A DNA stretch of 30,999 nucleotides from Archangium sp. (lineage in GTDB: Bacteria; Myxococcota; Myxococcia; Myxococcales; Myxococcaceae): the NCBI GenBank assembly GCA_031367385.1, contig JANLPS010000154.1:1-30999 (forward strand). Reading direction: 5' to 3'. Every line of letters begins with the position of its first letter. Position 1 is the first letter of the stretch. The notes below the pieces were generated by a model that was given only the letters and a program-made list of their open reading frames with translations, was not told the origin of the DNA and searched no databases. This document shows positions 17,299 through 25,771 of this stretch, one piece after another. Made by a program: the position numbers and the translations under genes.

Positions 17299-17877
17299 TC
17301 ACGCCAGCGACCTGAGCTCCTTGAACGCCTTGCGAATGAAGTGTGACAGCGGCCGCCGCGCGCGGGCAGCACGCCAGGCTTCGGTGGCCACGGTCAGCGC
17401 CGCCACGCATGCTGCCGCGATCACCTTGCGTCGGTAGGGCGCACGCACCCGCACGGTCAACGCCTGCTCGAGCCCTTCAGTCAGGGCGTGCAGGTCGGCG
17501 CGCGTGGCTGCCACCAGCGCTGGGGTCTTCGCCACCAGATCGCTGCGGCGAAGAATTCGCTTTCGCTCGGCGGCGTAGAAGGCACCCAGCGCCCCGCAGG
17601 TCGCTTCGCACACCGCATGCGCCCCGGGCTCGCGCGATGGTCGAGCGGCGATGGCCTCGAAGAGCAGGGGGTCGAAGTCGTCCCACAACACCAGCCCTTC
17701 CTTGGTGCCGAAGTTGCGGAACACCGAGGCCACGCCCACGGTGGCCGCGCGGGCGACCTCTTCCACCGTCACCGAGTCGAAGCCGCGCGCCTCGAACAAG
17801 CCCAGCGCGGTGTCCTGTATCAGGTGCATCGCTGCCAGCCGCCGTCGCGATCTTCCGTCGAGGGGTTGCGTTGTCAT
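17299..17877 (-). CDS. TetR-family transcriptional regulator (192 aa)
   Basis: 'IQDTALGLFEARGFDSVTVEEVARAATVGVASVFRNFGTKEGLV' HTH; start reassigned to ATG 17877. Confidence 0.93.
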   Translation of the reverse strand: MTTQPLDGRSRRRLAAMHLIQDTALGLFEARGFDSVTVEEVARAATVGVASVFRNFGTKEGLVLWDDFDPLLFEAIAARPSREPGAHAVCEATCGALGAFYAAERKRILRRSDLVAKTPALVAATRADLHALTEGLEQALTVRVRAPYRRKVIAAACVAALTVATEAWRAARARRPLSHFIRKAFKELRSLA

Positions 17878-17878
17878 G

Positions 17879-17912
17879 GTGAGAGTGACTATCAATTGGT
17901 ATTCACTCTCAC
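17879..17912. promoter_or_regulatory. Palindromic TetR operator (two tandem sub-dyads)
   Basis: GTGAGAGTGA-CTATCAATTGGTAT-TCACTCTCAC: 15 of 17 symmetric pairs, filling most of the 49-bp tetR/ABC1 intergenic region. Confidence 0.8.
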
Positions 17913-17926
17913 AAGTGGGTGCACCG

Positions 17927-19240
17927 ATGGCGACTGACGAAGATCTGGGGCTTGACCTGTTGGGGCGTGATCTCGCCGTTTCGACCTCGCGCCTGGGGCG
18001 CCTGTTCAACACCGGGCGTTCGGCTTTGGGGCTGGCGGCCACCGTCTTGCGCGGCAAGAACGGCGCGGTCGATCTGGAGGCCATTCGTGCCCTCACCACC
18101 CGCCTCGCCAACCTGCGCGGGCTGGGCATGAAGCTGGGGCAGATCATCAGTTTCATCGACCCTTCGCTGCCGCCCGAAGCCCAGGCCCTGCTGGCGGTGC
18201 TCCAGCGTCAGGCACCGGCCAGCGACCCCGAGGCCGTGCGGCGCACGCTGCGCGAGGCCTTCGGGTCTCGCGCCGAGCTGATGTTGGCGGCGATGGAGCC
18301 GCGACCCTTCGCCGTGGCGAGCATCGGGCAGGTGCACCGCGCCGAGCTCAAAGGTCACGGTCAGCTGGCGGTGAAGGTGCGCCACCCGGGCATCGAGCGC
18401 GCGCTGGAGGCCGACTTCGCCACCGCGGTGGGCAGCGTCGCGCTGGTTGACACGCTGGCCCTCGGCGCCGCCGCCGACGCGCGAGCCCTGGTCGGCGAAG
18501 CCCGAACCGCGATGCTCGAGGAGTGCGACTTTCGTCTCGAGGCTGAGCATCAGCGCGCTTTCACCCAGTGGCTACGCGGCGACCCGGTGCTGGTGGTGCC
18601 CGAGGTCATCGACGCCTGGTCGAGTGAGGCGGTGCTCACCACCCGCTGGGAACCAGGGCAGCCGCTCGATGCCTTTGTTGCCAGCCGCCCCTCGCAAGCT
18701 GCGCGCGACCGCGCCGGCTACGCGCTCTTTCGCGCCTCGGTGGGCGGTTTTTACGCGTTGGGCCGGCTTCACGCCGACCCTCACCCAGGGAACTTCGCCT
18801 TTCGCGGCGAGCAGGTCGTTCTGTACGACTTCGGCTGCGTGCGCCGGTTCACCGCTGAGCAGACCGCGGCCTTTGCCGGCATGGCACAGGGGCTGAGAGA
18901 CCAGAACCGCTCGGCGCTGCTCGAAGCCGCGGTGCGCTTCGGCTTTCGCGTCGCAGGGGCCGAGCAAGAGGCCACGCTCGAGCGCTTCGCACGCGCTTTC
19001 TTCTTTCCGCTCCTCGTCTCGGGGCCGTCAGTCATTCCACCCGATGGTGCAGTCGACTTTCGGCAGTCGCTCAAAGACAAGCGCGCGATGGCTCGGCTGG
19101 GCCTGCCGCGCCACCTGCTCTTTCTCTTGCGGCTGCGCTTCGGGCTCTACGCGGTGCTCTCGCGCCTCGGCGCGCGCCTCGACTGGGCAGCGCTGGAGCA
19201 AGAAGCCTTTAGCGCCTCGCGCGAGCGACTCAGCGGCTAA
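17927..19240 (+). CDS. ABC1/UbiB/AarF-family atypical kinase (437 aa)
   Basis: 'MKLGQ' (KxGQ), 'FAVASIGQVHRA', 'AVKVRHPGI', 'EECDF..E', 'HADPHPGNF', 'LYDFG'. Confidence 0.93.
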   Translation: MATDEDLGLDLLGRDLAVSTSRLGRLFNTGRSALGLAATVLRGKNGAVDLEAIRALTTRLANLRGLGMKLGQIISFIDPSLPPEAQALLAVLQRQAPASDPEAVRRTLREAFGSRAELMLAAMEPRPFAVASIGQVHRAELKGHGQLAVKVRHPGIERALEADFATAVGSVALVDTLALGAAADARALVGEARTAMLEECDFRLEAEHQRAFTQWLRGDPVLVVPEVIDAWSSEAVLTTRWEPGQPLDAFVASRPSQAARDRAGYALFRASVGGFYALGRLHADPHPGNFAFRGEQVVLYDFGCVRRFTAEQTAAFAGMAQGLRDQNRSALLEAAVRFGFRVAGAEQEATLERFARAFFFPLLVSGPSVIPPDGAVDFRQSLKDKRAMARLGLPRHLLFLLRLRFGLYAVLSRLGARLDWAALEQEAFSASRERLSG

Positions 19241-19306
19241 GGCCCACGAAGAGGAGGGTGACTCGCGAAGGTGGGGCCACGGGGCAGGTCGAGAAGAACG
19301 GGGCCA

Positions 19307-19341
19307 TGAGGTTACACAGTTTGGTGATGTTCGCTTCATTG
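19307..19341. repeat. Direct repeat copy 2 (35 bp; similarity extends to 19287)
   Basis: TGAGGTTACACAGTTTGGTGATGTTCGCTTCATTG; same orientation as 14166-14200, offset 5141 bp. Confidence 0.9.
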
Positions 19342-19470
19342 TAGAATGGGGGAGCGAGTCAAAAATCACGTTACAAAAATGTCACGCATGCGTTCACGCA
19401 AGCCCAGCCCTGTCTGTTCTTGCCTAGGGCCGCGGCCAAATGCGCTCGACCGGTGTGATACGCACCGCCG

Positions 19471-20413
19471 GTGCGCCCAAGTCTGCTCAGCCTCAGCCTC
19501 AGCCTCAGCCTCAGTCTCGCGCTCTGCGCGTGCGGCGCGCCTCACCTGACTGGCACTGGCTCCTCCGACGATGGAGGTGTGACCGACGCGGGCGGTGCCG
19601 TCGACGCAGGCCCGTCTGACGCGGGCGCGCTCGTCTGCGCGAGCTGCCCAGCCTACCAATCGAGGTCGGCGAACCTCGGCGTCATCTCCGTCCCCGCACT
19701 GCGTGAAATCTCCGGGCTCGCGGTCAGCCGCGCGCACCCTGGCGTGCTCTACGCGCACAACGACTCGGGCGGCCAACCCACCGTCTACGCCTTCAGTACC
19801 ACCGGCGCCTCACTCGGAGACTTCACGCTCACCGGCGCGTTGAACCGCGATTGGGAGCGACCCGTACTCGGTCTATCGCTTCACCGAGCCGAGCCTCGAG
19901 GTCGCCTCACCCGCGGGCTCGCAGACGGTGACTTTCGAGAGGCTCGACCTGCAGTTTCCCAACGGTGAGAAGCACGACTCTGAGACGCTGATGGTGCACC
20001 CGCTCACTGGCGACCTCTACGTCGTCATCAAGACCGGCTTCACCAAGAAGAGCGCGGTCTTCAAGGCGAGCGCTCCACTGAGCGCGTTGGCCACCAACCC
20101 GCTGGTGAAGATCGCCGATCTCGCCGTGCCCGCGGGGCTCGACCTGCCGATCACCAGTGGAGACATTCACCCCTGCGGCACCGCGGTGTTGCTGCGTGCC
20201 TACAATACCGTCTACCAATTCGAGCTGCCCCCCGGCTCGGCGTTCGACACCGTCTTCACCAGCAGCTTCACGCGGGTCCCAGCTCCGCCGGTCGGCCTCG
20301 GCCCGTCAGACGAAAATGCAGGAGAAGCCATCAGCTGGAGCCCTGACGGCCGCGGCTATTTCACCGCCAGCGAGGGGGCCAATCAGCAGCTGCACTTCGT
20401 CGGCTGCCCGTAA
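19471..20413 (+). pseudogene. Lipoprotein with a beta-propeller-like (SdiA-regulated/phytase-like) domain, split by an apparent deletion/frameshift at ~19857
   Basis: First frame: signal + 'LCAC', 'LREISGLAVS', 'YAHNDSGG', 'NRDWE'. Second frame: 'DPYSVYRFTEP', 'HDSETLMVHP', 'ITSGDIHP', 'GEAISWSPDG..YFTASEG'. The 'DIAxG...GDxGDN' segment expected between them is absent. Confidence 0.7.
19486..19515 (+). repeat. Hexanucleotide tandem repeat (CTCAGC)x4 + CTCAGT
   Basis: Read directly; encodes LSLSLSLSLS in the signal peptide. Confidence 0.9.
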
Positions 20414-20415
20414 CG

Positions 20416-21780
20416 TCAGTCGCGCACGTTCGACTGCAAGATCTTGAGCTGAATGTTGATCTTCAGCGCGTTGCACCGCTCATGCACCAGCTCTGAGATC
20501 GAGTTGAGCAACAGCGCCGCGTTCTCTTGCGTGTAGAAGCTCGCCAGGCTGCTGATCAGGCCCAGTTGATCAGACACCAACCCCAGCACCAGCCGGTTGT
20601 GCCGGCGCAGCGTCACGTCGTCGATGTCGAGCATGTCGGTCTGGCTTTGCAGCAGGCTCAAGCGGCTGACCAAGGCGTTCAGCTCGTGAAAGGGCCGTCG
20701 CCAGCGAAACGACTCGAGCCCGAGCAGGCCCAAGAACGCGAGCGCGATGTTCACCAGAATGCCGACGAAGGCGTCGACGCCTTGCAGCGCTTCGCTGGTC
20801 ATCTCGGTCGAAGGCAGCACCGCAGCGGCGGCGAAGGTTCGATTGTCATCATCGCTCAAGGCCGCGGCCTCGCCCAGCAATCGCGGCGTCAAAGCGGCGC
20901 GTGCCACGATGTAGGTCTTGACCGCGAGCGTCTCGACGGGGGCGGCCGGTGTACCGTCGAACCACCGCGCGGGTATCACCGCAGGCTCGATGAAGTCGAA
21001 GCGCATCGCGCGCGCTCCGATGTTCGGCGAGGTCAGCTCGAAGCCCGCTTTCGCCAGCACTGAAGCCGCCTCGATGGTGCGCTCGTCTGAGGGGTCTTTC
21101 ACCACGAAGACCGCATCGACGTCGTCGGCCGGAGCCGCACCCGCCGCAATGTCGCCCCAGGTGAAGCGAATGACCGGGGCACCCAACCGCATCGACGAGG
21201 CCGTCTGGTTCAGCACCGCGTGGCTGCCCTGGCCCTCGAGCGAGGTCACGATGGTGTGAATGTCGGCCGGGTATTGGCGCCCATGGCGAACGAAGAGCAG
21301 CATCAGCTCGCGGCTCGACACCTCGCGGCGCAACAGACCGGGAGGGCTGGCAAACCCGCCTTGCACGAAGGCCAGATCGACCGACCCGGCGATCAACTTG
21401 TCGAGCGATTCTCGTGACCCTGCCGTCACCACCGGCTCGATTCGAAGCCGCGGGTTGTCAGCCAGCTTGGCCCGCAGCGCCACCGCGTCGCGATCGGGCA
21501 ACGCGAGCTTCAGGGTCGCGGTGTGAAAAAACGAGAACCAGACCCAGGTCGCGACGCCGATCACCGCCAGCGCGAGAAAAGCGACCGGCAGGTGGTGAAG
21601 GTTCACGATTCGTCGCAGCCGGCGAATCAACCCGTCGGCCTGATCGACCGCCTCGAGCGTCAGCCGCGCGACCTCGGCCAGCCCCTTGTCATTGGGCAGG
21701 TCGGTCTCGATTCGAGTCAGCTGGCGCTCGGCCGTGCGTCGCAGCGCGGCGGGGTCGAGGCGAATGGCCGTCGGTTTCAT
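20416..21780 (-). CDS. Membrane-anchored TAXI-like solute-binding-domain protein
   Basis: TM helix, then 'VVTAGSRESLDKLIAGSVDLAFVQGG' (TAXI-like), second TM and a helical cytoplasmic tail. Confidence 0.7.
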   Translation of the reverse strand: MKPTAIRLDPAALRRTAERQLTRIETDLPNDKGLAEVARLTLEAVDQADGLIRRLRRIVNLHHLPVAFLALAVIGVATWVWFSFFHTATLKLALPDRDAVALRAKLADNPRLRIEPVVTAGSRESLDKLIAGSVDLAFVQGGFASPPGLLRREVSSRELMLLFVRHGRQYPADIHTIVTSLEGQGSHAVLNQTASSMRLGAPVIRFTWGDIAAGAAPADDVDAVFVVKDPSDERTIEAASVLAKAGFELTSPNIGARAMRFDFIEPAVIPARWFDGTPAAPVETLAVKTYIVARAALTPRLLGEAAALSDDDNRTFAAAAVLPSTEMTSEALQGVDAFVGILVNIALAFLGLLGLESFRWRRPFHELNALVSRLSLLQSQTDMLDIDDVTLRRHNRLVLGLVSDQLGLISSLASFYTQENAALLLNSISELVHERCNALKINIQLKILQSNVRD

Positions 21781-21888
21781 CGTCTCTTTGAAGGCTCCCG
21801 AACGGGGCAGCGTGCCAGAGCCTGACGACTCGTCAATTCAACGGCCTGGCCCCCGAAAGGCGCACGCAGCGTGTGACAGTTCGGTAAC

Positions 21889-23418
21889 TTGGCGCCGGTG
21901 AATTTCTTCGAAGCGCTCTGGCAAGAGGCGTCGCTGGCGAAAACGCCGTATTTGCTGCTGCTGGTGTTGGTCGCGCTGTTCTTGTCGCGCGCCGTTCACG
22001 TGAAGGCGCGGTTTCGCGGAGTGCTCTTCTTCACCGGCATTCACCTGATGCTGTTGGTCGTCGGCACCGCGCTCAAGGCCAACAGCAGCCCCCTCGCCGA
22101 CGACTTTCGCCTCCCCGCGTGGATCTTCGGCTCGGTCGCCTTCGTCTCTGCCGGAGCGATCGTCTTCTTCGGCACGCTCCTACCCAAGGTTCGCTTTCAC
22201 ACCCCGCGCATCTTGCAAGACGTGACGGTGGCGATTCTCGCCGTGGGCACCGCGGTGACGGTGGCCAGCCGCGCTGGAGTGAACCTCTCGGGGTTGATCG
22301 CGACCAGTGCCGTGCTCACCGCGGTGCTCGGCTTGTCGTTGCAAGACGTGATCGGCAACATCGCCGGTGGCCTGGCGCTTCAAATCGACACCTCGGTCGA
22401 CGTCGGAGACTGGATCAAGGTCAATGACATCACCGGGCGCGTCACCGAAGTGCGCTGGCGCTTCACCGCCGTCGAGACGCGAAATTGGGAAACCGTTCTC
22501 ATTCCCAACATCGTGTTGATGCGAAACCAGGTCACCCTCTTGGGCCGGCGCACCGGCAAGTCGACGTTGGCCAGGCGGTGGGTGTATTTCAACGTCGACT
22601 GGCATCACCAGCCGAGCGACGTTATCGAGGTCGTCACCGCGGCGGTTCGGGGCGCGAAGATCGCTCACGTCGCGGCTGACCCTGCGCCCAACGTGATCTT
22701 GACCGAGATGGGCGACTCCGCAGGCAAGTATGCGGTGCGCTACTGGCTCGATGACCTCGCGATGGACGACCCGACAGACTCCGAAGTGCGAACCCGTATT
22801 TTCTTCGCGCTCCAGCGGGCCGACATGAAGCTGTCACTGCCCTCGCAGCACGTGTTCGTGACTCAAGAAGACGCGCACCGCGAGGCCACCAAGACCGAGA
22901 AGCAGATCAAGCGGCGACGTCACGTGCTCGAGCAGGTCGAGCTGTTCAAGGCACTGGCCCCCGAAGAGATTCAAGAGCTGGCGCAGACCCTGCGATACGC
23001 GCCGTTCGCGCGCGGCGAGGTGATGACCCGGCAAGGGGCCGAGGCGCACTGGCTCTACCTCATTGAAGATGGCACCGCGTCGGTGCGGGTCAGCGACGGC
23101 GTGTCTGAGAAAGAGGTCGCGCAGCTCGGCGCATTCAGCTTCTTCGGCGAGATGTCGCTGATGACTGGCCGCCCGCGCGCCGCGACCGTGGTGGCGGTCA
23201 CCGACGTGGAGTGCTTTCGGCTCGACAAGGGGGCCTTTCAGCGCGTCATCGAGAAGCGCCCCGAGCTTGCCCGCGACTTCGCCGAGGCGTTGGCCAAGCG
23301 CTCGGTCGAGCTCGATGCCGCCAGAGAGGGCCTCGACGCCGAGACCGCGAAGGCCCGACAAAAGAGCTCGGAGCGCGACCTGCTCGGCCAAATTCGGTCG
23401 TTTTTTCGGCTGCGGTGA
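21889..23418 (+). CDS. MscS-family mechanosensitive channel with C-terminal cNMP-binding domain (bCNG-like)
   Basis: 'GLSLQDVIGNIAGG', 'VGDWI', 'G.V.E..WRFT', 'IPN'; CNB motifs 'QGAEAHWLYLIEDG', 'FFGEMSL', 'RAATVVA'. Start is TTG 21889 or GTG 21898. Confidence 0.93.
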   Translation: MAPVNFFEALWQEASLAKTPYLLLLVLVALFLSRAVHVKARFRGVLFFTGIHLMLLVVGTALKANSSPLADDFRLPAWIFGSVAFVSAGAIVFFGTLLPKVRFHTPRILQDVTVAILAVGTAVTVASRAGVNLSGLIATSAVLTAVLGLSLQDVIGNIAGGLALQIDTSVDVGDWIKVNDITGRVTEVRWRFTAVETRNWETVLIPNIVLMRNQVTLLGRRTGKSTLARRWVYFNVDWHHQPSDVIEVVTAAVRGAKIAHVAADPAPNVILTEMGDSAGKYAVRYWLDDLAMDDPTDSEVRTRIFFALQRADMKLSLPSQHVFVTQEDAHREATKTEKQIKRRRHVLEQVELFKALAPEEIQELAQTLRYAPFARGEVMTRQGAEAHWLYLIEDGTASVRVSDGVSEKEVAQLGAFSFFGEMSLMTGRPRAATVVAVTDVECFRLDKGAFQRVIEKRPELARDFAEALAKRSVELDAAREGLDAETAKARQKSSERDLLGQIRSFFRLR

Positions 23419-23458
23419 AGCCCGGTGGCGCGGCATTGATATTGCTGCGGTGAGGGGT

Positions 23459-24178
23459 ATGAAATTCATTCGCGAGCAGTTGGGTGAGCTCGTCGGCAAG
23501 GCGCTCGCTCCAGTCGTGCAGAAGATCAGCGCGGCCCGAAAGGCACGCACCTTTCACCCCGATGGTCTGGTGTTCAGGGCGCGGGTCGAGGCGCTGAGCG
23601 ACTTGGGCGAAAAGCTCAGTGGTTCTGCGCTGGTGCGATGCTCCGGAGCGCTGTGGAAAAGGGGGCCCCAGCTGCCCGACGTGCTGGGGGTGGCGGTGCG
23701 GTTTCGCTCGGGCCACAGCACGTCTCCCGAGGTCGAGCTGGGAGATCAAGACCTGCTTTTCGCGACCATCGTGAGCCCGCTGACGATGCCGCTCTCGGCG
23801 CTCACCACCGACGTGGGCGACTTCAGCCACAATCACTTTTGGGCGGTCTCACCCTTCGACGTGAGGCACTCTGGCCGGGTGAAGTTTCGCCTCAGCCCGG
23901 GGTTTCAGACCTCGCACCCCGGTACCCGCGAGCAGCGGCTCCGCGAGGCGGTCGAGCGCGGCGTGGCGGCCTTCACCCTCGAGCTGCGTCAGACCTGGAC
24001 GCTCGGGTGGCAGCCGATCGCGCGCATCGCGCTCGAGAAAGAGCTGACCATCGATCAAGCGGCGCTCCATTTCTCGGCGTTCAATGATGGCAAAGGCTTC
24101 GAGCCGCGCGGCTTCGTGCACGCACTGCGGAAGGCGGTGTACCCCGCGAGCCAAGAAGGTCGCCCGGCGCATGCCTGA
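23459..24178 (+). CDS. Small catalase-like heme-fold protein (239 aa)
   Basis: ATG 23459 after GAGGGG; 'RTFHPDG', 'ALVRCS', 'PDVLGVAVRF', 'QDLLFAT', C-terminal 'LRKAVYPASQ'. Confidence 0.7.
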   Translation: MKFIREQLGELVGKALAPVVQKISAARKARTFHPDGLVFRARVEALSDLGEKLSGSALVRCSGALWKRGPQLPDVLGVAVRFRSGHSTSPEVELGDQDLLFATIVSPLTMPLSALTTDVGDFSHNHFWAVSPFDVRHSGRVKFRLSPGFQTSHPGTREQRLREAVERGVAAFTLELRQTWTLGWQPIARIALEKELTIDQAALHFSAFNDGKGFEPRGFVHALRKAVYPASQEGRPAHA

Positions 24179-24277
24179 GAAGACCCGCCACAATTGCGCC
24201 TCACCGAGACTTTTGCGGTAGACGCTTCTTTCTGTGCGCATCGGCTCGCCCCCAATCAGCTGCGTCTCGGTGCCGTC

Positions 24278-25321
24278 ATGAAGGTGCTCATGCTGTGCAC
24301 CAACCCGCGCTTCGAGCCGAGCATGCGGTTTCGGTTGCTGCAGTTTCTGAAGCCACTAAAGGCCGCGGGGCACGAGGTCACGCTCTCGACGTTTTTGAAA
24401 ACCCGCCCTGAAGGGTTGGCCGGGCACGTGCTGCCGATCATTCGCGGGGTCGGGCACCGTTTGAACGACCTCGTGCGCTCACGCCAGGTCGACCGCATCG
24501 TGGTGCACCGCGAAATTCTGCCGTTGGCGTTCAACCACTACGTGCGCTTGCTGCCGAAACGCACTGAGCTGATCTTCGACTTCGACGACGCGGTCTTTCT
24601 GCACACGTCGGGCACCGGCTGGCGCTCGCGCATCGCGCAGCCAGAGTCGACCCGCTTGCTCGTCGAGCGCGCCGCGGTCACCTACGCCGGCAACGAGTAC
24701 CTCGCCGACTACGCGCGCCGCTTCAGCTCGAACGTTCGCATCGTGCCGACCGTGCTCGACACCGACCGCTTCGCGCCCCTCACCAAGCCCGCCCGCGCCA
24801 AGCCGGTCGTCGGGTGGGTCGGCTCTCCATCGACCTCGAAGTACCTCGAGCTGGTCTTACCCGCCCTCGAGCAGGTGGCCAAACACACGCCATTCACGCT
24901 GCGACTGGTCGGAGCCGGTCGTGATTTCTCGGTGCCCAACGTCGAGGTCGAAAACCTCGTCTGGCGAGAAGACGAAGAGGTGCGCGCGTTTCAGGAGCTC
25001 GACGTCGGCCTCTACCCACTCGTCGACGACGCCTGGTCGCGCGGCAAGTGCGGCTTCAAGGCCATTCAGTACATGGCCTGTGGGGTGCCGTTCGCGGTCA
25101 GCCCCGTCGGCGTGATTCAAGACATGGTGCGAGAGGGCGTCGATGGCCTGTGGGCCCAAACCTCGGCCCAGTGGGTCGAACACCTGACCACCTTGCTCAC
25201 CGATGCGCCGCTCCGCGCCAAGCTCATCGCCAGCGCCAGGGAGCGCGCGGTCGCGAAGTACTCGGTCAACGCCATCGCCCCAGAATGGATTCGGGGCATC
25301 GAGCACCCCGACAGTCGCTGA
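24278..25321 (+). CDS. Glycosyltransferase family 4 (GT-B)
   Basis: 'SMRFRLLQF', 'FDFDDAVF', 'GWVGS', 'DVGLYPL..D.WSRGKCGFKAIQYMACGVP'. Confidence 0.93.
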   Translation: MKVLMLCTNPRFEPSMRFRLLQFLKPLKAAGHEVTLSTFLKTRPEGLAGHVLPIIRGVGHRLNDLVRSRQVDRIVVHREILPLAFNHYVRLLPKRTELIFDFDDAVFLHTSGTGWRSRIAQPESTRLLVERAAVTYAGNEYLADYARRFSSNVRIVPTVLDTDRFAPLTKPARAKPVVGWVGSPSTSKYLELVLPALEQVAKHTPFTLRLVGAGRDFSVPNVEVENLVWREDEEVRAFQELDVGLYPLVDDAWSRGKCGFKAIQYMACGVPFAVSPVGVIQDMVREGVDGLWAQTSAQWVEHLTTLLTDAPLRAKLIASARERAVAKYSVNAIAPEWIRGIEHPDSR

Positions 25322-25329
25322 AGCGCGAA

Positions 25330-25758
25330 TTAGCTGCTTCGAAACCGTTCGATCACGTTCCCGATGATGATGAACGGAGTGATGATCATCGAGATCAGCC
25401 CCCACCACCCCAAAAACAATGTGGTCAGCGTCATCGAGATGAACGTGCTCGAGATGCACGGCGTGCACATCGGCGCCGAGACCTTCTTCGAGAACCGCAT
25501 CAACAGCACGCCAATGTTCTGATTGAACGTCACGTGCCGCACGGCCTCGCTCTGGCGACACACGTGGCAGGCGGTCGCCATGCCAACGTGCGCTTCGTAC
25601 CCAGCGGCCACCACCGGAGACTCGTTCGGTGGGGGCCCGCCCGCGACTGCGGCGCCACAACGGGGGCAGACCCCGTTGTCACGCGTGGTGTGCTTCAAAG
25701 CGCATGAAGAACACGTCGACCAAGCAGTCACGAAAGGGCTCCTGTGCGGCGTGCTCAA
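25330..25758 (-). CDS. Small Cys-rich (Zn-ribbon-like) membrane protein
   Basis: Four CxxC pairs (CSSC, CPRC, CHVC, CTPC); C-terminal hydrophobic 'TLFLGWWGLISMIITPFIIIGN'. Confidence 0.7.
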   Translation of the reverse strand: MSTPHRSPFVTAWSTCSSCALKHTTRDNGVCPRCGAAVAGGPPPNESPVVAAGYEAHVGMATACHVCRQSEAVRHVTFNQNIGVLLMRFSKKVSAPMCTPCISSTFISMTLTTLFLGWWGLISMIITPFIIIGNVIERFRSS

Positions 25759-25771
25759 GTGGCCTTACACC

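Noticed and set aside
14166..19341. Repeat pair as a CRISPR array or integron attC sites
   Set aside because: Only two copies 5.1 kb apart; no spacers or cas genes; no RYYYAAC...GTTRRRY hairpin; cargo genes in mixed orientation
21871..21890. GTGTGACAGTTCGGTAAC shares ACAGTTCGGT with repeat copy 1
   Set aside because: Only a 10-nt exact match, expected by chance in 31 kb; the flanks do not match the arms
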